Shown: positions 50,226 to 62,625, counted from the stretch's first letter. The stretch: DNA of 64,000 nucleotides from Macrostomum hystrix (GCA_950097015.1 CATNEN010000039.1:17484001-17548000), one strand, 5' to 3'. Notes: generated from the sequence alone by a model not told the origin. Numbers and translations are program-made.

Positions 50226-50939
50226 TCATGCTAGAGAAAGCAAGCCTTCCGCTCTTTCACACTCAGCCTGCAGATTCGGCCCATCGTCTCTTCGCAGCAT
50301 TTTGCCTCGAACTTGCGGCCTCCGAATGGCTGCAGCAGCAACAGTGGCGTCTGTCACAGAAGCTGTAGGACCGATCACATCAGCCTCAATGCTCTGCAGT
50401 GCAGACTGGATAGAGTCATGCCGCAGGCGCTTTCCTCCATGTTGCGGTGCAGCATCAGCAGCAGTGCGCTTTTTCGCCGCCGCGCCTTTGCGAGTGAGGC
50501 TGCTGGGCATCAGGAAGTCATTGTCGCTGCCAGCTTCTTCCTCATCAGGTTCTGGCCGTCTATTGATTACGTCCTCGAATACCTGGGTGAACACACCAGA
50601 ACGTGCAGTTGGCCGCTCATTCTCAGCCCGCTGTTTTTGCTGGTCACGCCGCTGTTTCTCCTGTAGCTGCTTCGCAGCCCTGATGATTTTCCAGCGCTGG
50701 GCCTCCCTTTCCTTCTCCGTCGAAGGCACAATTTTATGCTCCTTGTGTTTGGCAGGCACCTGCTTGGCCTTCACCTGCTCCACGATGCCGCACTGGCTGC
50801 AGGCAAGCCAGCGAGTTACTTGGCAGGTGTTGTTGCTATGGTGTCGCGGGGAGACACCCCCAATTGTGCATGCTTCGCAGGTCAAGCACACCTCATAGAG
50901 GTCTTTGTGACAACTTTTAAATATTGGCGATTTCAACAT
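50226..50939 (-). CDS. Hypothetical Cys/His-rich (zinc-binding?) protein with coiled-coil and basic motifs
   Basis: 237-aa ATG-initiated ORF; CLTCEAC, HH...C, CSQC, HKEH; charged helix; KKR and KRLR; convergent with the PC4-like ORF. Confidence 0.6.
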   Translation of the reverse strand: MLKSPIFKSCHKDLYEVCLTCEACTIGGVSPRHHSNNTCQVTRWLACSQCGIVEQVKAKQVPAKHKEHKIVPSTEKEREAQRWKIIRAAKQLQEKQRRDQQKQRAENERPTARSGVFTQVFEDVINRRPEPDEEEAGSDNDFLMPSSLTRKGAAAKKRTAADAAPQHGGKRLRHDSIQSALQSIEADVIGPTASVTDATVAAAAIRRPQVRGKMLRRDDGPNLQAECERAEGLLSLA

Positions 50940-51279
50940 TTTTCTAGACAGTGCTTGTGCTTACCAGGTGAATATTTGCATTCAAATTATGAATTTCAAG
51001 TCTTTATTTATATCCATAATCCAACCCCCCATACCCCCTCACCCCTTACACCCCTCCCCATTCATAATAAAATTAAATCAGCAAAAAAACCAACATTCAA
51101 TTCATGTTTCAAGATCGCCGCTAAGCCGCCCCTTGGTAACCAAACGGAATCGAACTCATAAAATCAAATCGTCCCGGCGACCCTCAATCCCAAACAACCA
51201 TTACACTAAACTGTTTTTGAGTTCACAAACTGTGAATTCGAAGTCATAAATTTTTTCATTTGAAAAATACCGCGCGGCG

Positions 51280-51725
51280 GCGTCGGCAGGGTTCTGCAAA
51301 CAGATAGGCCGACACCCCATCTGTATATTCCCATGCCTCCTATCTCCACAGTGTCGGCAGGGTTCTGCAAACAGATAGGCCGACACCCCATCTGTATATT
51401 CCCATGCCTCCTATCTCCACAGTGTCGGCAGGGTTCTGCAAACAGATAGGCCGACACCCCATCTGTATATTCCCATGCCTCCTATCTCCACAGTGTCGGC
51501 AGGGTTCTGCAAACAGATAGGCCGACACCCCATCTGTATATTCCCATGCCTCCTATCTCCACAGTGTCGGCAGGGTTCTGCAAACAGATAGGCCGACACC
51601 CCATCTGTATATTCCCATGCCTCCTATCTCCACAGTGTCGGCAGGGTTCTGCAAACAGATAGGCCGACACCCCATCTGTATATTCCCATGCCTCCTATCT
51701 CCACAGTGTCGGCAGGGTTCTGCTA
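51280..51725. repeat. 71-bp perfect tandem repeat containing the TIR core motif
   Basis: About 6 copies; each includes CCTCCTATCTCCACAGTGTCGGCAGGGTTCTGC, which is also at the element termini. Confidence 0.95.
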
Positions 51726-52192
51726 TAGCAGATAGGCCGGCATCCCATCAGTCTATCCCTGCACTGTGTACACAGGCACCCACCAACCCCATGCCTCCCC
51801 ACCCTCCAGTCTCGGATTGGACGACACACCCCACCCCACCCCAATGCTTTCCTCCTATCCCATTACTCCTCTGTTCTGAGATTTTCGGCGCCCCTCCACA
51901 CTCCAAAATACACTGGCGAGATAGCCTCCTATCTCCGCAGTGTCGGCAGGGTTCTGCTAACTCCTACTACTTCAACGCAAAGAGAGACCTAAGTCAAAAT
52001 ATCAGAAGCGCATACAATCCTGAGCCGAGGCCGGACAACGTAATTTTGCGTCGCATTGAAAGTTTCCATAACTGAAAAACGAGCGAACATTTCTATTCAA
52101 CGTCATTTGTCCTACAAAACATTAGAATTGCATTTGAGTCATTGCATTGTTTGCAAAATTTAAAGGCTGCATTTTCAAACTAAGGCTGTGAC

Positions 52193-55100
52193 CTAGTAGA
52201 CGGTGACTGCGGCGGCTGCCAAGCTGGCCAGGCTTACCAGGATGGCGGCGGAAACTCCGCCAGTTCTCTGGCCGTCACTAAACGGTCCGGGCGGACCGCT
52301 GTCGATGCTGCCACCGTTGCCGGCCAACTGGCAGTCGGGCGGGGCGAATCCTGGCGGACAGTGGCAGTGGCCGCGCGAGTTCACGGTGCCACCGTTTTGG
52401 CAGGTGACATTGCCAGCCACAGCGGCTTGGATACGAATCTCCGAGGCGGATTGGCAAGTTCTGTGGAAGCACATTTGCTCGCCGGTACGGTTTCCGCAAC
52501 GCGCACCGTCTGGCACTCGATCGGGCGGCCCGGGTATCCGCGGATTGTAGCTGCAAATGGCAATGCCGCAAGTTTCTGGACCTGTCCCGGTTATATTCGG
52601 AACGCAGTTCGCCAAATTCTCAATCGGGTGCACAAAGGTGCCGCACGTTACCATATCACATTCCTTGCTTTTTTTCGGGCACCAGGAACTCTGCAAGCAG
52701 TGGAGAAGTGTGATGTGTTGCTAAAAAGTGAACTAGACAGCGAATCGGAATCGCTCAGGAAGAGATACAATAAATAGTGAGGTGAGCTTGACGGCTGACT
52801 TAAAAGGCAGTCAATATCGTTTTGCAGGAAAATAAGCAATTCAATCAAAGTGAATAAAATGGGTTAGTAGTTTTAAGAGCTTCCGAGAATGAGGGAATTC
52901 CTCTGACTCACGGCATCCCGTGCCGTCGGTCCCCAGAGTAACTGACACTGAGTCTGGGCGGAGCCGCACAGACCGTTGGCGCAGAAGTTGCTGCCGCACG
53001 GTGTCCCGTCTCTGGCAGCGAAATCGGCAGGGCAGGTTGAGTCGACGCCGTTACAGAATTCCGGCAGGTCGCATTGTCCTTTGGCGGCGCGGCAGACGGT
53101 GCCAGTCGGGTGCGGCTGACAGACCGTCAAGTCGCAGCAGCGCCCCGCGGCGCAGGCAGCGGATTCGGCCAGCTTGCAGGAGGTGGCGTTGCAGCAGTCG
53201 TTGCCTCTGTGAAACGATTGGTGAGCAGATAACTAACGACTTTTTTGCTACCTCTGACACAAAGCTCGAGACTTTGGATCTTGTTAGTTTCGAAATAGAT
53301 GAAAGAGTTGTAGAAAAAAGAATCGATATTGCACGAAATTCACTTGGCACCGCCGAAGCTATTGCGCAGCGCTTCCAAATCATGTGTACAGCTGTTCAGT
53401 CTGTGGACTGAGTGCTGCCACTCCTACCGAAATTTCCACGCCAGCAGATGCTGCTAGTCAATTTACAGCTGGGTGAAATGACGCAATGAGGGAATTGACA
53501 CAGGTTATTTTCTTCGGGCTGTGAATCGAACTCCCGAACTACTCACACGGATCAGTTGCCTTTCAATGTGCAGCAGTCACTTTTTGTAGGCACTCGTTTT
53601 TTAAAACACACACGACACACAAAACTCATAAAATAGCTCGTAGGAAGAATTGGCAGAGCACAAAATGAACAATTGCAAGAGAGCTGCGGGCAATGGCACA
53701 TCATTTGGCGACACCAGACCTGCAGCCAGCGAGGAGACAATTCGGCCCATTTCGCTGACTCCTGAGCACACCTACTCACACAGGTGTGTACATCTGCAAT
53801 CAATTTCTCATCATCAGGCAGTGTACACTGTCACTGTGCCTTGGAGGTTGGCCCCCAAAGGCGCAAATTGCACTACAAGCCCCAAGCCTACTCTCCGCGG
53901 CTGCGGCCCAAATGAATGAGGCCTCACCATGGAATCGAGCTCAGGGAGCTTGGTGCGAGAGGCAAGCGCTTTAGACCGCTCTGCCACTCACTCACCCCGC
54001 AAGTGGGATTCTACAACGTAATTAATAGGTGAAAGTAATTCTAACCTGAGTTGTTCGGCAGCCAAGTGAAAAGTGAAGAATCCCAAGATTGGGTCAGATT
54101 CAAGAAGTCAAATCCCAGTTGACTGAGTACCCTGACCTACTCATCAACGCCACAACCGGCCTCGCCGCCACAGTCGCAGTCCTCGCCGTCTTCCAGAAGG
54201 CCGTTGCCGCAGACCGCTGTTGGCCAATCCGCGGCTACTGGCAGGCGAAGCCCGCCCGGATAGTCAGCCTCCGGTCTCGGCCACAGCAGGCAGTGACGGA
54301 CGCCGGAATCCAGGAAGTTCTTCAGGGCTTTCTTTGAGCAGTCCGACCAGCCGATGTTGTGCCACTTGCTGCGATTCAGCGTTTTGGGGTGCATCATGCA
54401 GGCCTCATTGGAGTCGTAACAATAGCAGGGGCCTTGGTATTTGTTATCGTAGTCGACGCCCAGGTTGTATGCCAGGTTCTGTGTCATTATCACCCCGGTG
54501 GTGTCGAAGTTGCCGGACTGATGAGCCTGGCGTGGGCAATCGGAGATATTCGTAATATATTCAATATTTTTATGTGAACCCAGATTTGGGAGCCTGCGGA
54601 GCAGTGATTAGGGAGACTGGGAACAGAGACTAGGGAGACTCGGGAACAGAGATTAGGGAGACTCGGGAACAGAGATTAGGGAGACTCGGGAACAGAGACT
54701 AGGGAGACTCGGGAACAGAGAGTAGGGGGAGTAGGGAGACTGGGAACAGAGAGTAGGGAGACTCGGGAACAGAGATTAGGGAGACTGGGAACAGAGATTA
54801 GGGAGACTGGGAACAGAGATTAGGGAGACTGGGAACAGAGACTAGGGAGACTGGGAACAGAGATTAGGGAGACTGGGAACAGAGATTAGGGAGGCTATGA
54901 ACAGAGAGAAGGGAAACTGCGGAACAGAGATTAGGGAGACTGCGGAACCCAGTATAGTGAGGCTGGTGGGATAGATTTTGGGGAGGCTGTGGGATAAAGA
55001 ATTGGGCGACTGGAGATCCAGCGAGGAATTGAAAGAGAGGGTACTGGTCTCCCAATTCATTTTAATGTAGGGATTAGTGTCCTCTGCTGGAAGCCAGTTT

Positions 55101-58100
55101 GCTAGTTACTTACGACGGTAAAACCACTGCACTTTCTCCATTTGCACATGCTATTCTTACTGGCTGCGCCTCCGTAGCTGTTGGTGTTGTCCCTTTCGCC
55201 TCTAAAATTTGAGTTGATAAAGGTTTTTCTATATTTTTTGTCTATGCAGACGTAATTTTTTTCCGACAGAAGTGTCTAGTAGATGGGAGTCTACTCGAGA
55301 TGAATGAGAGTCTGGTAGGTTAAAGTATTGTCCATAAGAGAGTCTGGTAGACTGGAGTCTTTTGGATAAGAGAGTCTGGTAGACTGGACTCTTTTGGATA
55401 AGAGAGTCTGGTAGACTGGACTCTTTTGGATCAGAGTGTCTGGTAGACTGGATTCTTTTGGATAAGAGAGTCTGGTAGACTGGACTCTTTTGGATAAGAG
55501 AGTCTGGTAGACTGGACTCTTTTGGATAAGAGAGTCTGGTAGACTGGACTCTTTTGGATAAGAGAGTCTGGTAGACTGGACTCTTTTGGATAAGAGAGTC
55601 ATTATCAATAAGATAGGTGTCTTTTGTAAGTCTTGTGTAGTCTTGTAAGTCTTTTGTAGAAGGCAATGTGCTATCGGCTGTGGTCTTGCACATAGACAGT
55701 GAGCACTCAAGGCTATCCAATCAGCTCACGTAAGTACGTGCACACAGTCGTAGTCCATGACATAGAAACTCTGCGTTGCTATTATATATTCATTCACTAA
55801 TTCCAGCATGTACTTTACAGTACTAGAATAGAATGGAATAGAATTTGGCGAAAATTTGGCGAAACTGAAGTCAGGAACTGTACGGCTTGTGTGAATTTCC
55901 AGCGCGCTGACTACTACGTAGATGTCGAAGCGGCGAAATAACTGCAGAAATAGTGAAAAAATGCCTCTTATACTGCTCTCAGTACAGTGCGAAAAACAAA
56001 CTGCAGCTTTATATATCCATAATATTTTATTTAGAATTTTTTAAGAGTTAAAAAATATAAAATGTATCATCTGTTAGACATGGGAATCACCTGTTAGACA
56101 TGGGTATCATCTGTTAGACATAGGTTTCACCTGTTAGACATGGGTATCACCTGTTAGACATGCGTATCACCTGTTAGACATGGGTGTCACCTGTTAGACA
56201 TGGGTATCACCTGCTAGACATGGGTGTCACCTGTTAGACATGCGTATCACCTGTTAGACATGGGTGTCACCTGTTAGACATGGGTATCACCTGTTAGACA
56301 TGGGTGTCACCTGTTAGACATGGGTATCACCTGTTAGACATGGGTATCACCTGTTAGACATGCGTATCACCTGTTAGACATGGGTGTCACATGTTAGACA
56401 TGGGTATCACCTGCTAGACATGGGTGTCACCTGTTAGACATGCGTATCACCTGTTAGACATGGGTGTCACCTGTTAGACATGGGTATCACCTGTTAGACA
56501 TGCGTATCACCTGTTAGACATGGGTGTCACCTGTTAGACATGGGTATCACCTGTTAGACATGCGTATCACCTGTTAGACATGCGTATCACCTGTTAGACA
56601 TGGGTGTCACCTGTTAGACATGGGTATCACCTGTTAGACATGCGTATCACCTGTTAGACATGGGTGTCACCTGTTAGACATGCGTATCACCTGTTAGACA
56701 TGGGTGTCACCTGTTAGACATGGGTATCACCTGTTAGACATGGGTGTCACCTGTTAGACATGCGTATCACCTGTTAGACATGGGTGTCACCTGTTAGACA
56801 TGGGTATCACCTGCTAGACATGGGTGTCACCTGTTAGACATGGCTATCACCTGCTAGACATGGGTGTCACCTGTTAGACATGGGTTTCACCTGTTAGACA
56901 TGGGTGTCACATGTTTGACATGGGTGTCACCTCTTAGACATGGGTGTCACCTGTTAGACATGGGAATCACCTCTTAGACATGGGTGTCACCTGTTAGACA
57001 TGGCTTTCACCAGTTAGACAAGGGTATCACCTGTTAGACATGTGAATCACCTGTTAGGCACTATACTCACGTTGTTGACGATTCCAATAATGCTCTGTAC
57101 CGCATCAATCACAACCGATGAGCTACCGGAGTGCATCTTGTACTGCAATGAGAAGTGAGCAGCTGGACTATTACTCTAGTAAACTTTTGGACCTAAATAA
57201 GGCCACGTTTTTTCACATCGGAAACGCTAATTGTTTCTTAGGCCCTCTAGTATCCATGGTTACCCCAATGGCAAACAAAATATCTCTAAACTTTACGCAT
57301 TCAACAACTATTAATTTAAATTATTTTAATGATTATTATATATATCGATAGTTATAAATAAAAATAATTATTTACTTATAAATTCGAATTTGCATGTACT
57401 GAATAATTCATCACCTAGTCACAGAAAAAAACCGGAGTGGGTCATATGAGTCCACGTTGTGCTTAATTTGCATAACATCTCGCACAGCATTAGAATCTCG
57501 AGCTACGAGCAAGCAAATCAGTTTGCAATATTAAAAACTGTACTTTACTTCGATGACCTGGCCTAATGTCTATGGTACACCCACATGACCTGGCCTAATG
57601 TCTATGGTACACCCACATGACCTGGCCTAATGTCTATGGTACACCCACATGACCTGGCCTAATGTCTATGGTACACCCACATGACCTGGCCTAATGTCTA
57701 TGGTACACCCACATGACCTGGCCTAATGTCTATGGTACACCCACATGACCTGGCCTAATGTCTATGGTACACCCACATGACCTGGCCTAATGTCTATGGT
57801 ACACCCACATGACCTGGCCTAATGTCTATGCTTCTCCCTCAAGTCTTTCCAAAGCTAGTCGCTACTGTTATTATATGCTATATTAACATCAAATTATAAA
57901 TGTTACACTCACAAACCAATAATCAGCGATTATGTAGAGCTGCATAATGAATGGGCCGCCACTACTGATCACCTTCCTGCTCAGCTTTATGGACCGGGTC
58001 TCGGACTTTGCTAAGCGCCGGTGCCTCTGTATTTGAGTTTTGAACAAGCAAAGGCGAGTAGAATTAACGGAATTGATTCAGTCAGTCTGTCTGTGTTAGC

Positions 58101-61100
58101 TTGATCAGTCCATGGACTGGGTGCCGTCACACTCACTCAAATTTCTATCCGAGCTAATGCTGCTAATGCTGCTAATGCGGTTAGGAGTCCGAAGCTCTGC
58201 GCCAAAACCTCATGAGCATACGCTTTCAATGTTGGGTCACCAAGAAGCATAGAATTTGCAAAGCTAAGCCTCATCTATATAAATCTTGATTTTTAACTGG
58301 CTAACATGATCAAGCTGAACAGCAACTTGACACTTGAATGGCACCAGTCATAAATACTTTTGCTATTCTGCCCCATTCTATCTGTTGGTCAGCTTTATCA
58401 ACAATGGGAACAGCCATCCATCTGACATTATCCTTAATCCTTGGGATATAGAATAGTGACTCATAGAATAATTAGTCACTTTCAAAATTGGGCTCTTGAA
58501 CTCTATTAATCCAAATAATGGCTTACCTGTAATAAAACGCTGCCACCAAGCATTTTGGTCAGTTGCTGTGGACTTACTGGAAGTTATGGTGAAACCCAAA
58601 TGCTTATTCATTGAGCATCTCAATATATTTCTAAAGTGATGTAAATGAAAGCAAAAATCATACTCACGTGCAGCAATCCGCTTATTCAGCACGTCATAGG
58701 CCAATTCCAATGCTTGACGCTGCTTCCAACCGACACTTGAAGGATACAAGTTGAGCTGGTACACCTGCCAGCTTGAGTCACGCAGCCGCATGCGATGCCC
58801 GGTGGCTTGAATATAGCCCAGGTGAGTGATGTTGATTGACAGCGTGCCACTGTCAATGAGGGTTGGATTCAGCTGCTCGGGTAAATGATCTGCATGGCTG
58901 TCTGTTCTGGGCTGTCTGTACTGGGCTGTCTGTTCTGGGGTGTCTGTTCTGGACTGTCTGTACTGGGCTGTCTGTTCTGGGGTGTCTGTTCTAGGGTGTC
59001 TGATCTGGGTTGTCTGTTCTAGGGTGTCTGTTCTGGGCTGTCTTTTCTGGGGTGTCTGTTTTGGGGTGTCTGTTCTAGGGTGTCTGTTCTGTGGTGTCTG
59101 CTCTGAAGTGTCTGTTCTGGACTGACAGTTTTAGGCTGTCTGTTCTGGTATGTCTTTTCTGACATGTCAGTTTTGGGGTGTCTGATTTGGGTTGTGTATT
59201 TCTGGGGTGTCTGATCTGGGTGTCTTCTGAGGTGTCTGTTCTCGAGAGTCAGCTCTGCATGGCTTTCTGTTCTGGGCTGTCTGTTCTGGGCTGTCTGTTC
59301 TGGGGTGTCTGTTTTGGGGTGTCTGTTCTAGGGTGTCTGTTCTGTGGTGTCTGTTCTGAGGTGTGTGTATCTGAGGTGTCTTTTCTGGGATGTCTGTTCT
59401 GGGCGTCTGTTCTGGGCTGTCCGTTCTAGGCTGTCTTCTGGGGCGTCTGCTCTGGGGTGCCTGCTCTAAGGTGTCTGCTCTGGGATGTCTGAACTGCATG
59501 GCTGTCTATTCTGGGCTGTCTTCTGGCTGTCTATTCTGGGCTGTCTTCTGGGTGCCTGATCTGGGGTATCTGTTCTTGGGTGTGTGTATCTAGGGTGTGT
59601 GTATCTGGGGTGTCTGATCTGTGGTGTCTGATCTGCGGTGTCTGCTCTCGGGTATCTGATCTGGGGCTTCTGCTCTGGGGTACTTGATCTAGGGTGTCTG
59701 ATCTGAGGTGTCTGTTAATTCTGGTGTGTCTGATCTACATATCTGTGTGTTCTCGAGTGTCTGTTCTGGGAGTCCGTTCTCACCGCAGCAGGTCAGAGCA
59801 GAGTGACACAAGGCCTGGCTGAGTCACATTGCCCAACTGGGCAGTCCCAGACTCAATCGGCCACGCTGAGTAGTGGCACTGAGAGCGATGTCGCGATTTG
59901 GTGGCCCGGGATCGACTCCCCACGATTCGAACTGGGAACTCTTCAGGTCTGGAAAAGTATTTAACAAAGAGCTGCTACAAAGAGGCATGCAGCAATAGGT
60001 CGTATTCGAGCTTCATCAAAAAGTATAAAAGTGCATTTGTGCTTACCTTCCCACCGCCAGGTAGAATGAGAACCGGCGCAGCGATGGCATAGCAACAATC
60101 TCTAAGACCAAATTTCTGCCGATTTTCTGAAGCGGTAAAATCGAACTCACAATTTTGAAAACATTGAAACAATTTCAAGGCTCCGGTGTGTAACAGCTGG
60201 CACAGCCTTCTGTCGACAGGGGCAGCCTTCCACTGACAGGGCAACCTTCCACTGACAGGGCAACCTCCCACTGACAGGGCTTACCTTCCACTGACAGGGC
60301 TACCTTCCACTGACAGGGCAATCTGCCACTGACAGGGTAACCTTCCACTGACAGGGCAACCTCCCACTGACAGGGCAACCTTCCACTGACAGGGCTACCT
60401 TCCACTGACAGGGCTACCTCTCACTGACAGGGCAACCTCCCACTGACAGGGCTACCTTCGACTGACAGGGCTAACTTCCACTGACAGGGCTAACTTCCAC
60501 TGACAGGGCAACCTTCCACTGACAGGGCTACCTTCCACTGACAGGGCAACCTTCCACTGACAGTGCAACCTTCCACTGACAGGGCAACCTTCCACTGACA
60601 GGGCAACCTCCCACTGACAGGGCTACCTCTCACTGACAGGGCAACCTCCCACTGACAGGGCTACCTCCCACTGACAGGGCTACCTCTCACTGACAGGGCA
60701 ACCTCCCACTGACAGGGCTACCTTCCACTGACAGGGCAACCTCCCACTGACAGGGCTACCTTCGACTGACAGGGCTAACTTCCACTGACAGGGCAACCTC
60801 CCACTGACAGGGCTACCTTCCACTCACAGGGCAACCTCCCACTGACAGGGCTACCTCTAACTGACAGGGCAACCTCCCACTGACAGGGCAACCTTCCACT
60901 GACAGGGCTACCTTCGACTGATAGGGCTAACTTCCACTGACAGGGCTAACTTCCACTGACAGGGCAACCTTCCACTGACAGGGTACCTCCCACTCACAGG
61001 GCAACCTCCCACTGACAGGGCAACCTTCCACTGACAGGGCAACCTTCCAATGAGGCTCAACCACTCAACTCAACAAAGTTTCATATGTAGGCTTCACCTT

Positions 61101-61665
61101 CTAGCCTTTTGTTGGTGCAAGATTTTAACGCAATGAGGTTAGTAACAGTACGAGTGGTGGCATTTGATGACAGAACATATGCATCTGTTCCAATTCGCTC
61201 ATCGTTAACGATTGTGCACACTCGCTTATATTTTAAGAATACCAACAATACCAAATCTCTAAAATGTTTTCTTACTAAAAAGGTTTAGTTCAATCATTTC
61301 AGATTTTGCTTACCCGGCTTGGCTGAACTTCCTGACCATCGTTGGCCTGAAATGTTCTCACTTTGGCCAGCAAGGTTAATGGCCTGGTTGAGTCCGCTGA
61401 AATTGCAGTTTAGAAAGCTAGAAATTCAGTGGCAATCATTGCTTTTGTAGCTTTCCAGCTTGTATTTTGTAAAATATGCTCGCTAATTACTTTTGAATTG
61501 TGTTGTCATTTCAAATAATGCATTTAAAACTGAGCACACTCAAAATAGTTAAAAGGATTGTGAGTACTCACCGATTGCGCAGTTGGAACACAGCAGGATG
61601 ATAAATTTAGCAATTAATGTGGTACAAAGAAGGCTATGGAGTTCACTGGCATGACTTATTGGCAT
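52193..61665 (-). CDS. Multi-exon ADAM (disintegrin and metalloprotease), non-proteolytic type (ADAM11/22/23, mind-meld, UNC-71-like)
   Basis: Approximate exons: 61572-61665 signal peptide; 61314-61396 and ~61079-61230 prodomain; ~57915-58027 RHRR furin site and MQLYIIAD; 57071-57143; ~55114-55202; ~54142-54525 QNLAYNLGVDYD and CGNGLLEDGEDCDCG; 52911-53207 disintegrin (CDLPEFC); 52193-52690 Cys-rich, EGF, TM. Exon list is incomplete. Confidence 0.82.
53713..53997 (-). mobile_element. tRNA-derived SINE, best-preserved copy
   Basis: A-box-like TGGCAGAGCGG(TCTAAAGCGC) and B-box-like GAGCTCGATTCC; three more copies in the window. Confidence 0.72.
54607..54950. repeat. 21-22-bp intronic minisatellite (TAGGGAGACTGGGAACAGAGAT)
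   Basis: Tandem copies. Confidence 0.92.
55305..55600. repeat. 32-bp intronic minisatellite (AAGAGAGTCTGGTAGACTGGACTCTTTTGGAT)
   Basis: About 9 tandem copies. Confidence 0.93.
56063..57060. repeat. 20-bp intronic minisatellite (CTGTTAGACATGGGTATCAC)
   Basis: About 50 in-register copies. Confidence 0.97.
57554..57830. repeat. 32-bp intronic minisatellite (ATGACCTGGCCTAATGTCTATGGTACACCCAC)
   Basis: About 8.5 perfect copies. Confidence 0.96.
58896..59770. repeat. Degenerate ~15-bp intronic repeat (TGTCTGTTCTGGGG/GCT)
   Basis: Long degenerate tandem array. Confidence 0.88.
60215..61049. repeat. 19-bp intronic minisatellite (CACTGACAGGGCAACCTTC)
   Basis: About 43 copies. Confidence 0.96.
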
Positions 61666-62194
61666 GTTTACACAAAAAGTTGTAGCGATTCAACCAGTGG
61701 AATAGTCAATCGTCAATATATATAAAATTCATGCAATTTGAAACCCGATGTATATAGTTTCAGGATTGGAAAGGCTCATAGACTAAAACAGCGGGCACGG
61801 AAAGTCGATTTGTGCCCGCTGCCGGGGGATTTCGTCTATGTCCAAAGCTCCGGAAAGCTGTTCATATTGCTGCATTGAAGAGAGACGTGGATGCACCGGA
61901 CTAGAGCTGAGAGACCTGCAGTGTGATCTTATTCTGACTGAAACATGCTCGATTTCGATAAGATAGCAACAGGCGATATTAGTGGCTAGTACACCTTTTC
62001 GCATTCAATCTCAACAAAACGCGTATTCTATTTAGACAAGCTGCGTTCAAATTCGTCAGTCTATATTTGGCTTACCGTTCCCGCATTCGCTTTAGTCAAA
62101 CTCACATTCAATCTAGCCAGTGAAGCTTATTTTTGGACAACTCTTTACAACTCTTTTCACTAGATTTGGTTTCTCTACCAGCAGAGAAGAAGAA

Positions 62195-62625
62195 GGTCGC
62201 CACAGTTTTCCCTCCGGACATAATGCAGTAGCCGAAACCAGAGACCGAGTTGATTTGCGATCCGTCGGTGAAGCAGTGAATTTCACGGGGTTGGCCGTGG
62301 TCACGTACTTCCTGGCGAGGCGGAATGCTGGTTTTGAATTTTTGCGGTGGGCACAGCGTCGATGGGATTCCGTCGGAGAGAATTTTGAGACCTCCTGCTG
62401 CGTCCAGGTCCCGTAGGCTGAGGTCGCCATGGGGCTGGAGGTTCCGCTTGCTGAAGGCAAGTTGCTTCCGGATGGAGATGCCCGCGTCCAGAAGACGACG
62501 AGCCGTCTTCATCGCCTCCCCCTTGATAAAAAGATCTAAAGGGGGAAGGTCCAGGAAGGCATTCATGCCAGCGAAGGGAGTGGAGGGTGCCGCACTCATG
62601 ATGGCTCGACAAGCACGGCCCTGTG
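62195..62625 (-). mobile_element. LINE fragment (post-RT linker and RNase H N-terminus)
   Basis: QGRACRAIMSAAPSTP...LDLPPL and HCFTDGSQ motifs. Confidence 0.8.

Larger units (their letters stand above)
48082..51971. mobile_element. 3.9-kb TIR element with AGTAGT/ACTACT ends; putative non-autonomous Polinton/Maverick-like element
   Basis: Left AGTAGTATGGGTTAGCAGAACCCTGCCGACACTGGGGAGATAGGAGG versus right (reverse complement) AGTAGTAGGAGTTAGCAGAACCCTGCCGACACTGCGGAGATAGGAGG; inverted ~250-bp subterminal modules (48825-49093 and 51712-51960); no TSD found. Confidence 0.72.

Noticed and set aside
50007-50234. 75-aa hydrophobic ORF between the two element ORFs
   Set aside because: GTG start in a T-rich convergent 3' region; likely spurious, though a small membrane protein is not excluded
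48075-51977. TSD for the AGTAGT element
   Set aside because: Flanks CTGTTT and TCAACG do not match; the left flank is a tandem array, so the Polinton assignment lacks TSD support
53920-53997. tRNA gene
   Set aside because: No complete cloverleaf; continues into a repeated body, so called a SINE head
47861-57060. Shared CTGTTAGACA core between the 17-bp and 20-bp arrays
   Set aside because: Only 10 bp shared; not enough to claim common origin
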